The position numbers were made by a program, and so were the translations under genes. Positions 62,558 to 64,000 of a stretch of 64,000 bases of DNA are shown in pieces. Numbering within the stretch: position 1 is the stretch's first letter; every line of letters begins with the position of its first letter. The stretch covers positions 1,536,001-1,600,000 of the forward strand of contig OZ220733.1 in NCBI GenBank assembly GCA_965116875.1, in the 5' to 3' direction. This stretch comes from Candidatus Latescibacterota bacterium. GTDB taxonomy: Bacteria; Latescibacterota; UBA2968; GCA-2709665. The notes below the pieces were generated by a model. It had not been told where the DNA came from. It made no database searches and saw nothing but the letters and a program-made list of their open reading frames with translations.

Positions 62558-64000
62558 ATGTCGATTCAAACCATCCGCTTTCGTGGATTCGCGTTTCTCA
62601 TAGGCCTGCTCATCGCCGCCGGCGCGTTCGCCACGCCGGCATTCGCATCCGAAGACCAGGCCATCGAGCAGCTTCGGAACCTCAACAAGGCATTCACGAG
62701 CATTGCGGAGCGGGTTACGCCAACTGTAGTCACCATCAGCACCAGGGAGACCGTTACCCGCCGCGGCTGGTCCCGGCGAATGCCTGAATTCTACCATCCC
62801 TATTTCCGGCGGCCGCGAGGCGAGGAAAGACAGGAGGAACGCCCGGGACTCGGATCCGGCATTATCGTGACCGAGGACGGGTATATCCTGACCAACCATC
62901 ACGTGGCGGGGAGCGCGGACGAGATCACGGTGATCCTCAACAACAATGAAGAGTTCGAAGCCCGTCTGGTGGGCACCGACTCGCTCACGGACGTGGCGGT
63001 CATCAAGATCGATGCCGAGGGCCTCCTGGCCGCGCCTATCGGGAACTCCGACGAGGTCCAGATCGGGGAGTGGGTCATGGCCGTCGGCGCTCCTTTGGCC
63101 CTGCGGTCCACCGTCACCGCCGGCATCGTCAGCGCCCTGGGACGCAGCCTGGATGTCATCCGCGATCGGGACGGTTTCGCCGTCAATGACTTCATCCAGA
63201 CCGATGCCGCCATCAACCCCGGTAATTCCGGCGGCGCGCTGCTCAACCTCGAGGGCGAAGTCATCGGTGTAAACACGGCAATTGCAACGGACACCGGACG
63301 GTTTGTGGGCTACGGATTCGCCATTCCGATAAACCTTGCAAAGAAAATCATGGATGATATCGTCGCGCATGGCGGCGTCCGCCGGGGTTTTCTTGGCATT
63401 GGCCTCACGTCCGTCGACGCGGGTCTTGCGGACGCATTCGGCCTGGACCGCCCGCGAGGCGTATTCGTTTCCAGGGTATATGGAGACACCCCGGCGGATG
63501 TTGCAGGGCTCAAGGAAGGAGACATTATCCTGACAATCGATGGAGTAGAGGTCAACCGTTCGAACCACGTTCAAAGCCTGATTACGCGCAAGCGACCGGG
63601 GGAGTCCGTTGCGGTGAAAATACACCGGAAGGACAGGACGATCACCCTTCCGGTCAAACTGGGAGAAAAGCCGGAGCGGATCGGCGACGTTGCCTCGAAC
63701 AGGAGGACCCCCGGCCAATCCGAGCTTCATGGCCTCACCGTGAACAACATCACCCCTGAGATCGCTGAGAGATGGGGCATGGAACTCGGAGTGGACGGCA
63801 TTCTCGTCACGGACGTTGCCCAGGGAAGCCGCGCGGCGCGGGCCCGCTTCCAGCGGGGAGACATCATTTTCAAGATCCGCCAGGGGAACTTCGAACGGGA
63901 AGTGGCTACCGTAGCCGAATTCAAGGCTTCTCTGGCCAAACTCGAAAAGGGCCGCAACGCCGCCTTCTTCGTCCGGCGGGGAACGTATCATCTGTTCCTG
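62558..64000 (+). CDS. degP: DegP/HtrA (Do family) serine endoprotease with PDZ domains, 3'-truncated by the window edge
   Basis: Not in the ORF track because it has no stop in the window. Manual translation from ATG 62558: signal peptide, GLGSGIIVTEDGYILTNHHV, DVAVIKI, IQTDAAINPGNSGGAL. Confidence 0.92.
   Translation, partial: MSIQTIRFRGFAFLIGLLIAAGAFATPAFASEDQAIEQLRNLNKAFTSIAERVTPTVVTISTRETVTRRGWSRRMPEFYHPYFRRPRGEERQEERPGLGSGIIVTEDGYILTNHHVAGSADEITVILNNNEEFEARLVGTDSLTDVAVIKIDAEGLLAAPIGNSDEVQIGEWVMAVGAPLALRSTVTAGIVSALGRSLDVIRDRDGFAVNDFIQTDAAINPGNSGGALLNLEGEVIGVNTAIATDTGRFVGYGFAIPINLAKKIMDDIVAHGGVRRGFLGIGLTSVDAGLADAFGLDRPRGVFVSRVYGDTPADVAGLKEGDIILTIDGVEVNRSNHVQSLITRKRPGESVAVKIHRKDRTITLPVKLGEKPERIGDVASNRRTPGQSELHGLTVNNITPEIAERWGMELGVDGILVTDVAQGSRAARARFQRGDIIFKIRQGNFEREVATVAEFKASLAKLEKGRNAAFFVRRGTYHLFL

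Noticed and set aside
62528-63991. 487-aa minus-strand ORF
   Set aside because: Antisense shadow of degP on the + strand

Overview
GC-rich Gram-negative bacterial chromosome segment. The FlgD/T9SS-type C-terminal sorting domains, the UBact locus and the dockerin-like tails suggest an FCB-associated lineage such as Latescibacterota/Gemmatimonadota; this is an inference only. From left to right: (1) fatty-acid catabolism genes, a TrmH methylase, a nicotinamidase-like hydrolase, an exported MsrAB and an SPL-like radical SAM gene with a probable LexA-boxed leaderless promoter. (2) A complete UBact-proteasome operon (arc-dop-ubact-prcB-prcA-pafA) headed by an exported hypothetical protein. (3) Five secreted proteins carrying HExxH zinc-peptidase and/or unassigned ~110-aa repeat domains, all ending in a dockerin-like double EF-hand. 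(4) An amidohydrolase, an MsrP lipoprotein with a poly-Glu linker and a beta-barrel protein. (5) Large surface proteins with dockerin, cohesin-like and T9SS/FlgD tails, suggesting a cohesin-dockerin peptidase complex. (6) The housekeeping run ispE-tRNA-Gln-rplY-pth-hppA-rpsF-rpsR-rplI, then a TPR protein, a sigma54 activator and degP. Nearly every intergenic space holds mosaics of a few modular repeat families. Three unrelated small PD-(D/E)xK-type nuclease genes (GxxExxY, Uma2, DUF559) each sit inside tandem or direct repeats, and for GxxExxY and DUF559 the other units are gene-less or gene-deleted copies. No transposase, integrase or CRISPR-Cas gene is present. Coordinates were read by eye, start codons were chosen from RBS context, and family calls rest on motif recognition rather than database searches.
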